From positions 50,682-114,681 of the forward strand of contig DAONDX010000003.1 in assembly GCA_035402765.1 (NCBI GenBank): a stretch of DNA of 64,000 nucleotides, given 5' to 3'. Source of the DNA: Candidatus Omnitrophota bacterium. GTDB lineage: Bacteria > Omnitrophota > Gorgyraeia > Gygaellales > Profunditerraquicolaceae. The notes beneath the pieces are model-generated. The model was not told the origin of the DNA. It worked only from the letters and a program-made list of their open reading frames with translations, and ran no database searches. Below, piece after piece: positions 1 to 8,027 of the stretch. Numbering within the stretch: position 1 is the stretch's first letter; each line of letters starts with the position of its first letter. The position numbers and the translations under genes are program-made.

Positions 1-850
1 TAGCGTTAAAAACTCCGTCTACCGAGGATAATAAGTGTTCACTGGGCAAAAGAGTGGGGTGCACCCGAACCTCCAATTCATCAATTTCTTTTTTGGCGAT
101 CGCCAGCAGTTTTATGGTATAGCCTAATTCATTAGCATAAGCAATATCGGCAGCCGATACTTGCGCTATGCCTTCAATAAAAATATCCTTAAGGCTAACA
201 ATTTTTCCAAAAGCCAGGTAAGTAAGCAACACCAGCTTATGCGCTGAATCAAAACCTTGAATATCAAAAGTCGGATCTTTCTCGGCGAACCCCTTAAGCT
301 GAGCCCGCTCCAGGGCATTAGCAAAAGAACAGTTTTCTTTAGACATCTGAGTAAGCACATAATTTGATGTCCCGTTAACAATCCCGATAATGCTATTAAA
401 TTTATTCGCCACCAGCCCTTCTTTGATGGATTTTATAATCGGGATACCCGCGCCGACCGAAGCTTCGAAATAAATATTTTTTCCGCGATCCATCGCTTCT
501 CTGAATAATTCATTGCCATGTTCAGCCAAAAGAGCTTTATTCGCAGTAACCACGTGCTTACCCTTTTTTAAGGCCGCTAAAATAAACTCACGGGCAGGAT
601 TGATCCCTCCCATCAGTTCAACGACAATATCAATTCCGGGGTCATTAATAATTGCGTAGGCATCGCTGGTGAGTAATGATTTATCCAGGGAAACATCTCT
701 TTTTCTGGTCAAATCCTTATCGCAAATCCTTTTAATCACAATTTCAGTTTCTATCTTTTGTGCCAATAAAGATTTTCTGGAGCCTAAGATCTTGACTACT
801 CCACATCCAATATTACCCAGACCAATAATACCAATACTAATCTTTCTCAT
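1..850 (-). CDS. hom: homoserine dehydrogenase, partial (N-terminal ~283 aa; the C-terminal part runs off the left edge of the window). It is absent from the ORF track because no stop codon falls inside the window.
   Basis: Manual minus-strand translation from the ATG at 848-850 gives MRKISIGIIGLGNIGCGVVKIL...VVELMGG...HVVTANKALLAEHGNELF...GAGIPIIKSIKEG...NGTSNYVLTQM..., a Rossmann GxGxxG fold with homoserine dehydrogenase core motifs. Confidence 0.8.
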   Translation of the reverse strand, partial: MRKISIGIIGLGNIGCGVVKILGSRKSLLAQKIETEIVIKRICDKDLTRKRDVSLDKSLLTSDAYAIINDPGIDIVVELMGGINPAREFILAALKKGKHVVTANKALLAEHGNELFREAMDRGKNIYFEASVGAGIPIIKSIKEGLVANKFNSIIGIVNGTSNYVLTQMSKENCSFANALERAQLKGFAEKDPTFDIQGFDSAHKLVLLTYLAFGKIVSLKDIFIEGIAQVSAADIAYANELGYTIKLLAIAKKEIDELEVRVHPTLLPSEHLLSSVDGVFNA

Positions 851-853
851 AAA

Positions 854-1213
854 TTAACCTTTCTTAAGATAATAACCGATTGTTTCACTGATTACTTTGC
901 GATGCTTTTCATCGATGGCTAAGAAAATAAGACGGGTATCATAAATTACCCCCTTAGTGATTTCTCTTGACTCCAGGACTTTAGCAATTGTCATTATGGG
1001 GTCCGGATCGAAAGGCAGGCGGATCTCAAGGGCTAAATTAGTCCCGACCGGAAATTGGCAATTGGTAGTCAAAAGCATTCCGCCCAGGCTTAAATTTTTC
1101 GTTTGCGAGATATCCGCATTACTATTATTCGGAATGACCCTGTAGGAAACAATAAACCTTCCATTAGCACGAGGATCTTTTCTTCTCTCTGCCCCTGCGT
1201 ATTCCTTAGACAT
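854..1213 (-). CDS. PilZ-domain c-di-GMP binding protein
   Basis: 119 aa with the RxxxR motif (RRKDPRANGRF) followed by D/NxSxGG (NLSLGGML), the PilZ signature. Confidence 0.65.
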   Translation of the reverse strand: MSKEYAGAERRKDPRANGRFIVSYRVIPNNSNADISQTKNLSLGGMLLTTNCQFPVGTNLALEIRLPFDPDPIMTIAKVLESREITKGVIYDTRLIFLAIDEKHRKVISETIGYYLKKG

Positions 1214-1448
1214 ATTGCCTCCTTTTATCCGCTTATGCTTAGCTATTTGCCTGTCTTTAAAGAACTTAACTGGATTAATAATTTTACCACAAATCTAAAT
1301 AAAGGAAAACAGAATATATTCTTTTGCAGTCCGGTTGCCTGCCCTGAAAAATTGTTTACCGTTTATATTAATTAAATTAAACTTTGGGGGTTTTCCAGGA
1401 AATAGGCTCCGCGCCCATTTCCATTTAGAAAACCCCCAAAGCCCGATA

Positions 1449-1524
1449 TGGTCGGGGCGACAGGACTTGAACCTGTGACCTCTTGAACCCCATTCAAGCG
1501 CTCTACCAAGCTGAGCCACGCCCC
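1449..1524 (-). tRNA. tRNA-Pro (anticodon GGG)
   Basis: The reverse complement reads GGGGCGTGGCTCAGCTTGGTAGAGCGCTTGAATGGGGTTCAAGAGGTCACAGGTTCAAGTCCTGTCGCCCCG. It forms a cloverleaf with anticodon stem CTTGA/TCAAG and loop ATGGGGT. Ends are approximate. Confidence 0.75.
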
Positions 1525-1599
1525 GTTTTGCCGAAACTTTTAAGTCTTGCAAAACGCTCCGAGCCATCTTTACATGTGGCGAGGAGCCTTTGCCAACAA

Positions 1600-2595
1600 C
1601 TATTCTTCCTTACTCTTCCTGGTCATCAAATCATTGACTGCCTGCCGAGGAGACTTATCTTTATAAAGCAAATGGTATACTTCTTTAATAATAGGCATAT
1701 CTATTTTATATTTCCGGCTTAAGGCATAGGCAGATTTTGCCGTAGGAACGCCTTCTGCCACCATCTGCATATGACGGCAAATTTCTTTTAGGCTTTTTCC
1801 TTTTCCGATCAACTCTCCAACATTGCGGTTACGGCTTTGCTGGCTAATACAGGTGGTCACCAAATCGCCTAGTCCGCTAATCCCGCTGAAAGTTTCCGGT
1901 TTTGCCCCCATAGCCTTGCCTAATCTGGAGATCTCAGCCAGCCCCCGGGTAAGAATAGCAGCTTTAGTATTAGTCCCGAAACCTAAACCGTCGGATACGC
2001 CGCAGGCAATCGCGATGACATTCTTTAAGCTCCCCCCCAGTTCAACACCGGTTACATCCGGGTTAGTATAAACCCGGAATCTATTTGTGCTAAATACCGC
2101 CTGGATAGTTTTACGTATTTGCTTATTATTAGAGGCCGCCACGGCGGTTGTGGGAATCTCTTTAGCTACTTCTGAAGCAATCGTCGGACCGGATAAAACA
2201 GCCAGTTTAACCGGCCCAAGCTCTGCCTGAATTACTTCCGATATCCTTTTAGAAGATTTTACTTCAATGCCTTTGGTTACGCTTAAAAATATAGTTTTTT
2301 TAGCAAAAAGGCCTGTCATCTTTTTCAGCGTCAGACGGGTATACTGCGAGGGAATTGCCAATACGATAATTTCTTTATCCGCCACCGCTTTTTTAATATC
2401 ATTGGTGATGGTGATATTTTGCGGAATTTTTATTCCCGGCAGGAACCTGGGGTTTTGGCGGGTCTTAATCATGACTTTGCTATAGTCGGCGAAAGCCCCC
2501 CAAAGCGTAACCGGATAGCCTTTTTTAGAAAGCAATACCGCAAGAGTTGTTCCCCAGCCACCGTCTCCAATCACTGCAATGCGTAATTTAGACAT
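1600..2595 (-). CDS. gpsA: NAD(P)H-dependent glycerol-3-phosphate dehydrogenase
   Basis: 331 aa with an N-terminal GxGxxG motif (IAVIGDGGWGTTLA) and end-to-end GpsA-family similarity. Confidence 0.9.
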   Translation of the reverse strand: MSKLRIAVIGDGGWGTTLAVLLSKKGYPVTLWGAFADYSKVMIKTRQNPRFLPGIKIPQNITITNDIKKAVADKEIIVLAIPSQYTRLTLKKMTGLFAKKTIFLSVTKGIEVKSSKRISEVIQAELGPVKLAVLSGPTIASEVAKEIPTTAVAASNNKQIRKTIQAVFSTNRFRVYTNPDVTGVELGGSLKNVIAIACGVSDGLGFGTNTKAAILTRGLAEISRLGKAMGAKPETFSGISGLGDLVTTCISQQSRNRNVGELIGKGKSLKEICRHMQMVAEGVPTAKSAYALSRKYKIDMPIIKEVYHLLYKDKSPRQAVNDLMTRKSKEE

Positions 2596-2598
2596 AGC

Positions 2599-3345
2599 TT
2601 ATTTCAAGTCCCTCTTTTTATTTGTTCTTAACATGGCTAATTCCCAGGCATAATCGTAAAGGTGCAAACCCTTGCTCACGGCAATAATTTCTCCGTCCTC
2701 AACTCCGATTTCTTCAGCCATATATTGTTTTACCAGCTGCAAACCTCCCAAATTCGAAGGGAAACCGCCCCAAAGATCCCAGGAACGAAAGTAAAGTATA
2801 AAATGTAATTTACCATAACGCAGCCGCGTATCAATTAACCTTAGGCAAGGTGGATCAACCAGTTTAATATCCGAAGGCATGCCGATTTCCATGACTGCCT
2901 GATTAGTGCCGGGGCCTTTCTCCTTGTACATTTTAATTACTTCTTCCACCTGGTTGACATTTAAAGGCATATCCGAAATCAATTCCCGGCCGTTTAAATT
3001 CTGTTTGATCCTGACTTTAGGATCAACTAATCTTTCTCCGTAAGTATAATCTTCAGTTTCGGTTTTGGCTCCGGTTAAAAGGTAACTTAAATACCCCTGG
3101 ATATAGTCCATATCGGTAGGAGCGGGAATATTCATTCCTTCCGGGATAATCGGAATGATTTGATGGCCGGGCCTCTTCACCCGGACAGAAACAAAATCAA
3201 ACTCCAATCTTTTTTGCCCGGTATAGCTGCCTCGGGTGATAGTATACAAATGCCCTTGGTCTAAGATCGCGGATAAACATTGGAACCAGGCGTCATCAAG
3301 ATCAAAAGCATCGATAAAAACCGGTTTTAAGAATTCTTCGGCCAT
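2599..3345 (-). CDS. thymidylate synthase family protein (ThyA-like; divergent, possibly archaeal/methanogen type)
   Basis: The ThyA core is recognisable: DPPCL...LYFRSWDLWGGFPSNLGGLQLV...GLHLYDYAWE, compared with ThyA PPCH...LYQRSxDxxLGxPFNIASYALL...GDxHIY. The residue after the catalytic Cys is Leu rather than His. Confidence 0.55.
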   Translation of the reverse strand: MAEEFLKPVFIDAFDLDDAWFQCLSAILDQGHLYTITRGSYTGQKRLEFDFVSVRVKRPGHQIIPIIPEGMNIPAPTDMDYIQGYLSYLLTGAKTETEDYTYGERLVDPKVRIKQNLNGRELISDMPLNVNQVEEVIKMYKEKGPGTNQAVMEIGMPSDIKLVDPPCLRLIDTRLRYGKLHFILYFRSWDLWGGFPSNLGGLQLVKQYMAEEIGVEDGEIIAVSKGLHLYDYAWELAMLRTNKKRDLK

Positions 3346-3731
3346 TAAACGCGGGTTCTTTCTTTAGCTTCCTTTACAAATTTTTTAAAGGTAACTATAA
3401 TTTCAGCTACCGGCATATTTTTACCGATGTAGCCGCAACAACCAAACTGCTTACTTTTGCCGATCAATTCCTCGTCGAATCCAAATCCCGTGATCATCAC
3501 CACCGGTAAATCCGAGTATTTTTCCCGGATATCTTTAAGCACATCTAAACCGCTGATTCCGGAAAGCTTAATATCTAACAACACAACATCAAAAGTTTCT
3601 TTTTTCAGTAAAGCCAGGGCTTCTTCGCCGCTGCCGCAGGTCACCGGGACACAATCTTCTTTTTTGAACAAATCTTCCAGCAAATCCCTGACCGGCGGTT
3701 CGTCATCAACAACCAAAATTTTATAGAGCAC
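3345..3731 (-). CDS. single-domain response regulator (CheY-like receiver)
   Basis: 128 aa with DD...D...T...K receiver residues (VVDDEPPVRDLL, VLLDIKLSGISG, MITGFG...K). Its start overlaps the stop of the upstream gene. Confidence 0.8.
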   Translation of the reverse strand: MLYKILVVDDEPPVRDLLEDLFKKEDCVPVTCGSGEEALALLKKETFDVVLLDIKLSGISGLDVLKDIREKYSDLPVVMITGFGFDEELIGKSKQFGCCGYIGKNMPVAEIIVTFKKFVKEAKERTRV

Positions 3732-3743
3732 AGTTACCTCCTT

Positions 3744-5180
3744 TTAAGCAAAAGGTAATTTGACGGTAAAAGTTGTTCCTTGGTTGATCCGGCTCTCTAG
3801 TTCAATGGAGCCGTTATGATTCTTAATAATATTATGACAAATTGACAAGCCTAATCCGGTACCCTGCCCTTTAGTTGAGAAAAAAGGCATAAAAATATTT
3901 TTAAGGTTGGTTTCCGGAATGCCCATGCCGGTATCGGTGATTTGAATTAGAGCATAACGATTCTGAAAATTACTCGTGGTAATTTTAATTACTCCGCCTT
4001 CAGGCATAGACTGATAGGCGTTAATGATGATATTCAGAAAAACTTCTTGCAATTGGTCCAGATCGCCCGAAATTTTAGGTATATTTTTTTCAAAGATCTT
4101 TTCAATTTTAACTTCAACCGATGGTAAATTATTATAGAGCGCTAAAGGCAAAGCCAGTTCAATAATTTCATTAATATCCACAGGCTCAAGGGTAAGGGCG
4201 GATTTACGGGCGAATTTTAAAACCCGGTCAACCAACTTACGTATACGATTTACTTGGGAATCAATCAAATCAATTGTCTCTGCGAATTTAGAAGCGAGTT
4301 TTTCCCCTTTGAGCATTACCAATCTTCCGGAAATGACAAAAAGCGGGTTATTTATCTCATGCGCAATCCCGGCAGAAAGCTGCCCCAGAGCGGCTAATTT
4401 CTCAGCCTGAAAGATCTGGTATTCCAGCTTTTTTGTTCGGGTAATATCTTTAGCAATAAATACATAGCCGGTCAATTTACCCTGGGCATCCAAAAAATTA
4501 TTTACCGTCAACCTGACCGGGATAGTGGAACCGGCATTAGTCAGCAGGTTAATCTCTGATTCATATTTGCCGAATTGATGCACGTGTTTAAGAATAGCTT
4601 CAAGTTCCAAAACAGCTTTATTGCTGCTATGCAGGATACTTGCGTGCTTAAAGATGATCTCCGGTTTACTATAACCGAACATCTTTTCGCAACCCATCCC
4701 GAAATAGGTAATTAAACTATCCAGGTTGATTACATAGAGAGCATATTCGTCAATACTGGAAATAATATTCTTCAGGGAATCATCAATATTCTTGAGCGAA
4801 TTTTTACCTTCCTGGCTTTCAGTGATATCATGGCCCAACAATAAGCTGCCCTGTATCCGCTCATGCTTATCAAGAATAGGAGTGACATTCCAGGATATTA
4901 ATCTGGAATCACCTTGGCTGCTTTTAAGGTGACATTCAAAATCCTTGGTTCTTCGATAAGTTAAAGCGTCATCTAAAACCGCCTTAAACATCTCTCTTTT
5001 AATCGTGTTATCGTCGTTTTTAAAGAGTATGCTAAGCCAGTTTTTGCCTACAATTTCAGCGGAGTTTAGCCCAACCGTACCCTGAGTTTTTTTATTACAA
5101 AGAACGATGTTTCCATTCTGATCTAAATAAAGCACTAATACCGCGGCATCCTCTATCAGTTTAGAAAAAATATCTTTCAT
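3744..5180 (-). CDS. PAS-domain sensor histidine kinase
   Basis: 478 aa with two PAS-like regions, an H-box AHEINNPLFVISG, and N/G1/G2 ATPase boxes (IIINAYQSM, DTGMGIP, GTGLGLSICHNIIKNHNG). Confidence 0.85.
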   Translation of the reverse strand: MKDIFSKLIEDAAVLVLYLDQNGNIVLCNKKTQGTVGLNSAEIVGKNWLSILFKNDDNTIKREMFKAVLDDALTYRRTKDFECHLKSSQGDSRLISWNVTPILDKHERIQGSLLLGHDITESQEGKNSLKNIDDSLKNIISSIDEYALYVINLDSLITYFGMGCEKMFGYSKPEIIFKHASILHSSNKAVLELEAILKHVHQFGKYESEINLLTNAGSTIPVRLTVNNFLDAQGKLTGYVFIAKDITRTKKLEYQIFQAEKLAALGQLSAGIAHEINNPLFVISGRLVMLKGEKLASKFAETIDLIDSQVNRIRKLVDRVLKFARKSALTLEPVDINEIIELALPLALYNNLPSVEVKIEKIFEKNIPKISGDLDQLQEVFLNIIINAYQSMPEGGVIKITTSNFQNRYALIQITDTGMGIPETNLKNIFMPFFSTKGQGTGLGLSICHNIIKNHNGSIELESRINQGTTFTVKLPFA

Positions 5181-5200
5181 ATCGGCGCCCGTAGTAAATA

Positions 5201-5225
5201 AGCGGGTGATCGGAATCGAACCGAC
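5201..5225 (-). pseudogene. orphan 3' fragment of a Gly-like tRNA (T-arm and acceptor 3' strand, no 5' partner adjacent)
   Basis: The reverse complement GTCGGTTCGATTCCGATCACCCGCT shows a canonical T-loop TTCGATT and acceptor 3' strand CACCCGC. That strand matches the 5' acceptor GCGGGTG of the fragment at 5395-5429. Confidence 0.4.
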
Positions 5226-5299
5226 ATAATTGTTGCTTGTCCCGCCACCTCAGATTTTTCATGTACAGCGGGATACCGCCGCTATCTATTATAGTTCTA

Positions 5300-5370
5300 A
5301 GCGGGAGAGGGGAATCGAACCCCCATTCATAGCTTGGAAGGCTATTGTTCTACCACTGAACTACTCCCGC
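5300..5370 (-). tRNA. tRNA-Gly (anticodon TCC)
   Basis: The reverse complement reads GCGGGAGTAGTTCAGTGGTAGAACAATAGCCTTCCAAGCTATGAATGGGGGTTCGATTCCCCTCTCCCGCT. The acceptor is perfect, the anticodon loop is CTTCCAA, and the discriminator is U. Confidence 0.85.
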
Positions 5371-5394
5371 ATTAAACTTTAAGATAGCGGCGGG

Positions 5395-5429
5395 AGAAGG
5401 CTATTATTCTACCATTGAACTACACCCGC
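5395..5429 (-). pseudogene. 5' fragment (positions ~1-35) of a Gly-like tRNA immediately upstream of tRNA-Gly
   Basis: The reverse complement GCGGGTGTAGTTCAATGGTAGAATAATAGCCTTCT is near-identical to positions 1-35 of the adjacent tRNA-Gly, with 3-4 mismatches. It then diverges into CCCGCCGCTATC, which is inverted-repeated (GATAGCGGCGG) on the far side of tRNA-Gly. Confidence 0.5.
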
Positions 5430-5438
5430 AAAAAAAAA

Positions 5439-5524
5439 TGGTGGGCAGGAAAGGATTCGAACCTTTGAAGCACAGGTGCAACAGATTTACAGTCTGTCCC
5501 CTTTGGCCACTTGGGTACCTGCCC
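5439..5524 (-). tRNA. tRNA-Tyr (anticodon GTA), CCA encoded
   Basis: The reverse complement reads GGGCAGGTACCCAAGTGGCCAAAGGGGACAGACTGTAAATCTGTTGCACCTGTGCTTCAAAGGTTCGAATCCTTTCCTGCCCACCA. It has a long variable arm and anticodon loop CTGTAAA. Confidence 0.85.
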
Positions 5525-5647
5525 TAGAATTTTTTGTTTTCTAAAAAATTTTACTTCGAGCGTTTCCTTTGGAGAATATCCAGGCTTAACGAGAAGTAAA
5601 TTAATTCGATCTTAAAGAACAAAAGAGAATTCAAATGCGCGTAATAT

Positions 5648-5936
5648 TTAAGCCGACGAGAGGATTTGAACCCCCGACCCGCTACCAGAGGGGCTCTGCC
5701 CCTATGGCGCTCCTCACTAACGTTCGTCGCTGTTACCCCGAATCCGCGGGGGAAGTTTTCCCCCGCACCCCTTTCGGGTCGGACGTATATTTAAGCCGAC
5801 GAGAGGATTTGAACCCCCGACCCGCTACCAGAGGGGCTCTGCCCCTATGGCGCTCCTCACTAACGTTCGTCGCTGTTACCCCGAATCCGCGGGGGAAGTT
5901 TTCCCCCGCACCCCTTTCGGGTCGGACGTATATTTA
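5648..5936 (-). repeat. two perfect tandem 143-bp units directly 3' of tRNA-Thr; each unit is a ~75-nt conserved module fused to a copy of tRNA-Thr positions 41-73
   Basis: An exact period of 143 bp is seen by eye (TTAAGCCGACGAGAGG at 5648, 5791 and 5934). Each unit contains ...TTCGGGGTAACAGC...GCGCCATAGGGGCAGAGCCCCTCTGGTA followed by GCGGGTCGGGGGTTCAAATCCTCTCGTCGGCTTA on the minus strand. Confidence 0.8.
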
Positions 5937-6009
5937 AGCCGACGAGAGGATTTGAACCCCCGACCCGCTGTTTACAAAACAGCCGCTCTACCAACTGAGC
6001 TACGTCGGC
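5937..6009 (-). tRNA. tRNA-Thr (anticodon TGT)
   Basis: The reverse complement reads GCCGACGTAGCTCAGTTGGTAGAGCGGCTGTTTTGTAAACAGCGGGTCGGGGGTTCAAATCCTCTCGTCGGCT, with anticodon loop TTTGTAA. Confidence 0.85.
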
Positions 6010-6010
6010 A

Positions 6011-6877
6011 CTAGCTACAAATCTTTAGCGCATCCGGAATCCGGCTGATAATATCCGATGCGATTAATCCCATTTGTGTTTTATCGCAAGCGCCGATATC
6101 GCCGGCTAAACCGTGAACATAAGTCGCATACTTTGCCGCGTCAAAAACTTCCAGGCCTTGCGCCAGAAAAGCACCGACCATGCCGCTGAGCACATCGCCG
6201 CTTCCAGCAGTAGCCATTCCGGGGTTGCCGGTATTATTGATATAAAATTTAGAACCGCCATCAGTTACAATGCTGCGATGGCCTTTAAGGATAATTATAG
6301 TATTATAATATTTAGCGTACTTTTTAGCAATCAATTTCCTGTTTTTATTTATAAAATCAAGATCTATCCCAAAAAGCCCGGACATCTCTTTGGCGTGAGG
6401 AGTTAAAACAACTCCTCCTTGATGCTGTTGAATTATTTTCAAATGGTGCGTCAATGCATTTAGGCCATCAGCATCAATTACAGTAGGCAAGCTTGACTGC
6501 TTGATTATTTTTCTTACCAAAGCATCAGTTGACTTATGCTTACCTAACCCCGGCCCGATAATTAAAACGTCAGCAGTTTTAAGAAACAGCTTGATCCTGG
6601 AAAATGCCGCTAAACTTAATGTCCCATCTTTAGTTTGCGGCAGAGGCAAGGTCATTACCTCTTTAATCTTGTTCTTAATGACTGCCGAATTAATACCCTC
6701 CGGTACGCCCACGGTTACCAGACCCGCTCCAGAGCGTAAAGCTGCTTCAGCACAAAGTAAAGCCGCCCCCGAAAACCGTCGACAACCGGCCAAAATCAAG
6801 ATGCTGCCATAATCGCCTTTATGAGAATCAGCTTTTCTTCGTAACAACTGCGTTGGCAACCGCATAAGTTTTGACAT
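6011..6877 (-). CDS. nnrD: ADP-dependent NAD(P)H-hydrate dehydratase (YjeF C-terminal carbohydrate-kinase family)
   Basis: 288 aa showing similarity to YjeF_C / NnrD-type kinase-fold proteins (LIGPGLG, GSGDVLSG motifs). Confidence 0.8.
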   Translation of the reverse strand: MSKLMRLPTQLLRRKADSHKGDYGSILILAGCRRFSGAALLCAEAALRSGAGLVTVGVPEGINSAVIKNKIKEVMTLPLPQTKDGTLSLAAFSRIKLFLKTADVLIIGPGLGKHKSTDALVRKIIKQSSLPTVIDADGLNALTHHLKIIQQHQGGVVLTPHAKEMSGLFGIDLDFINKNRKLIAKKYAKYYNTIIILKGHRSIVTDGGSKFYINNTGNPGMATAGSGDVLSGMVGAFLAQGLEVFDAAKYATYVHGLAGDIGACDKTQMGLIASDIISRIPDALKICS

Positions 6878-7184
6878 GTGATATTGAAATATGTACGTTG
6901 ATATCTTTGCCTTTACCGTTTAAGAATAAACAAACCGGCTTGCCATCTGAATCATTATGTATTTGAATATCCTGCCAGGAAAGCTGGTTATCCCCGACTG
7001 CTTTAAAAATCGCCTCTTTGGCAGCGAATCTTCCGGCTAAATGCTGATAAAAAGAAGTTTTAGTCCGGGCATTCTTTATTTCGGCCGGAGTAAAAACGCG
7101 CTCTAAAAAATCCTGGCCCCACTTTTCGACTGCTTGGCGAATACGCCTTACTTCAGTGATATCTACCCCGGTTCCGATCAGCAT
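6828..7184 (-). CDS. acpS: holo-[acyl-carrier-protein] synthase
   Basis: 118 aa beginning MLIGTGVDITEVRRI, the 4'-phosphopantetheinyl transferase AcpS family. Confidence 0.85.
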   Translation of the reverse strand: MLIGTGVDITEVRRIRQAVEKWGQDFLERVFTPAEIKNARTKTSFYQHLAGRFAAKEAIFKAVGDNQLSWQDIQIHNDSDGKPVCLFLNGKGKDINVHISISHVKTYAVANAVVTKKS

Positions 7185-7897
7185 TATTTAATTAGCTCCC
7201 GCATTTCTTTAACCGCCGAAATTAACCCCGCGTATAAAGCTTTACAAATAATTGAATATCCGATATTAAGTTCCTGAATACCTTTAATTTCAGCGATCGG
7301 TTTTACGTTTGAATAATCCAAACCATGTCCGGCACAAACCAGTAAACCTTGCGCCTGAGCATAATCTACGGCTAGTTTTAACTGATTAAGAAATTGATTT
7401 CTTTGCCGGAAAGTTTTTGCCAAAGCGTATCTGCCGGTATGCAGCTCGACAATCGAGGCGCCGGATTTTCCGGCGGCAATAATTTGTTTCTTATCCGGGT
7501 CGACAAATATACTTACCTGAATATCAGCGCGTTTCAATTTATTTACGGCCGCAGCAATAACTTTAAGGTTGCCAGCGACATTTAAGCCGCCTTCAGTAGT
7601 CAATTCATTTCTTTTTTCGGGCACCAAAGTAGCCTGATCCGGCCTGACCCGGGATGCAATTTTTAAAATCCCCGGGTTAATGGACATTTCAAGATTAAAC
7701 TTAACGGTTATCTTTTTACCTAACAGTTTAACATCTTGATCCTGGATGTGCCGGCGGTCTTCTCTTAAATGCGCCACGATACTTTCAGCTCCGGCCTGTT
7801 CAGCTAAAAAAGCGGCATCCACAGGATCAACAAGATGCCCGCCGCGCGCTTGACGCAAAGTTGCTACATGATCGATATTTACTCCTAAACTAGGCAT
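7184..7897 (-). CDS. pdxJ: pyridoxine 5'-phosphate synthase
   Basis: 237 aa beginning MPSLGVNIDHVATLRQARGG, with PdxJ similarity throughout. Confidence 0.9.
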   Translation of the reverse strand: MPSLGVNIDHVATLRQARGGHLVDPVDAAFLAEQAGAESIVAHLREDRRHIQDQDVKLLGKKITVKFNLEMSINPGILKIASRVRPDQATLVPEKRNELTTEGGLNVAGNLKVIAAAVNKLKRADIQVSIFVDPDKKQIIAAGKSGASIVELHTGRYALAKTFRQRNQFLNQLKLAVDYAQAQGLLVCAGHGLDYSNVKPIAEIKGIQELNIGYSIICKALYAGLISAVKEMRELIK

Positions 7898-8027
7898 ATT
7901 TTGATTTTAAATTCTTTCCCCTTTTGCGTAAAACCAAACGATGATCGCCAGGAGCAAAGAAATCAGTTTCAACCACGGGTGGGTAGAAATCAAACGGATA
8001 ATTGCCGAAAAAATATCATTCTGTTTT

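Noticed and set aside
166-857. Short ORFs 166-381(-) and 669-857(+) at the left edge
   Set aside because: They lie inside, or in wrong frames over, the partial homoserine dehydrogenase gene that runs off the window edge.
5635-5937. 100-aa plus-strand ORF spanning the 143-bp tandem repeats (and the similar 83-aa ORF at 46451-46702)
   Set aside because: The reading frame is a by-product of the repeated tRNA-derived sequence. The internally repetitive peptide has no start context, so it is not considered coding.
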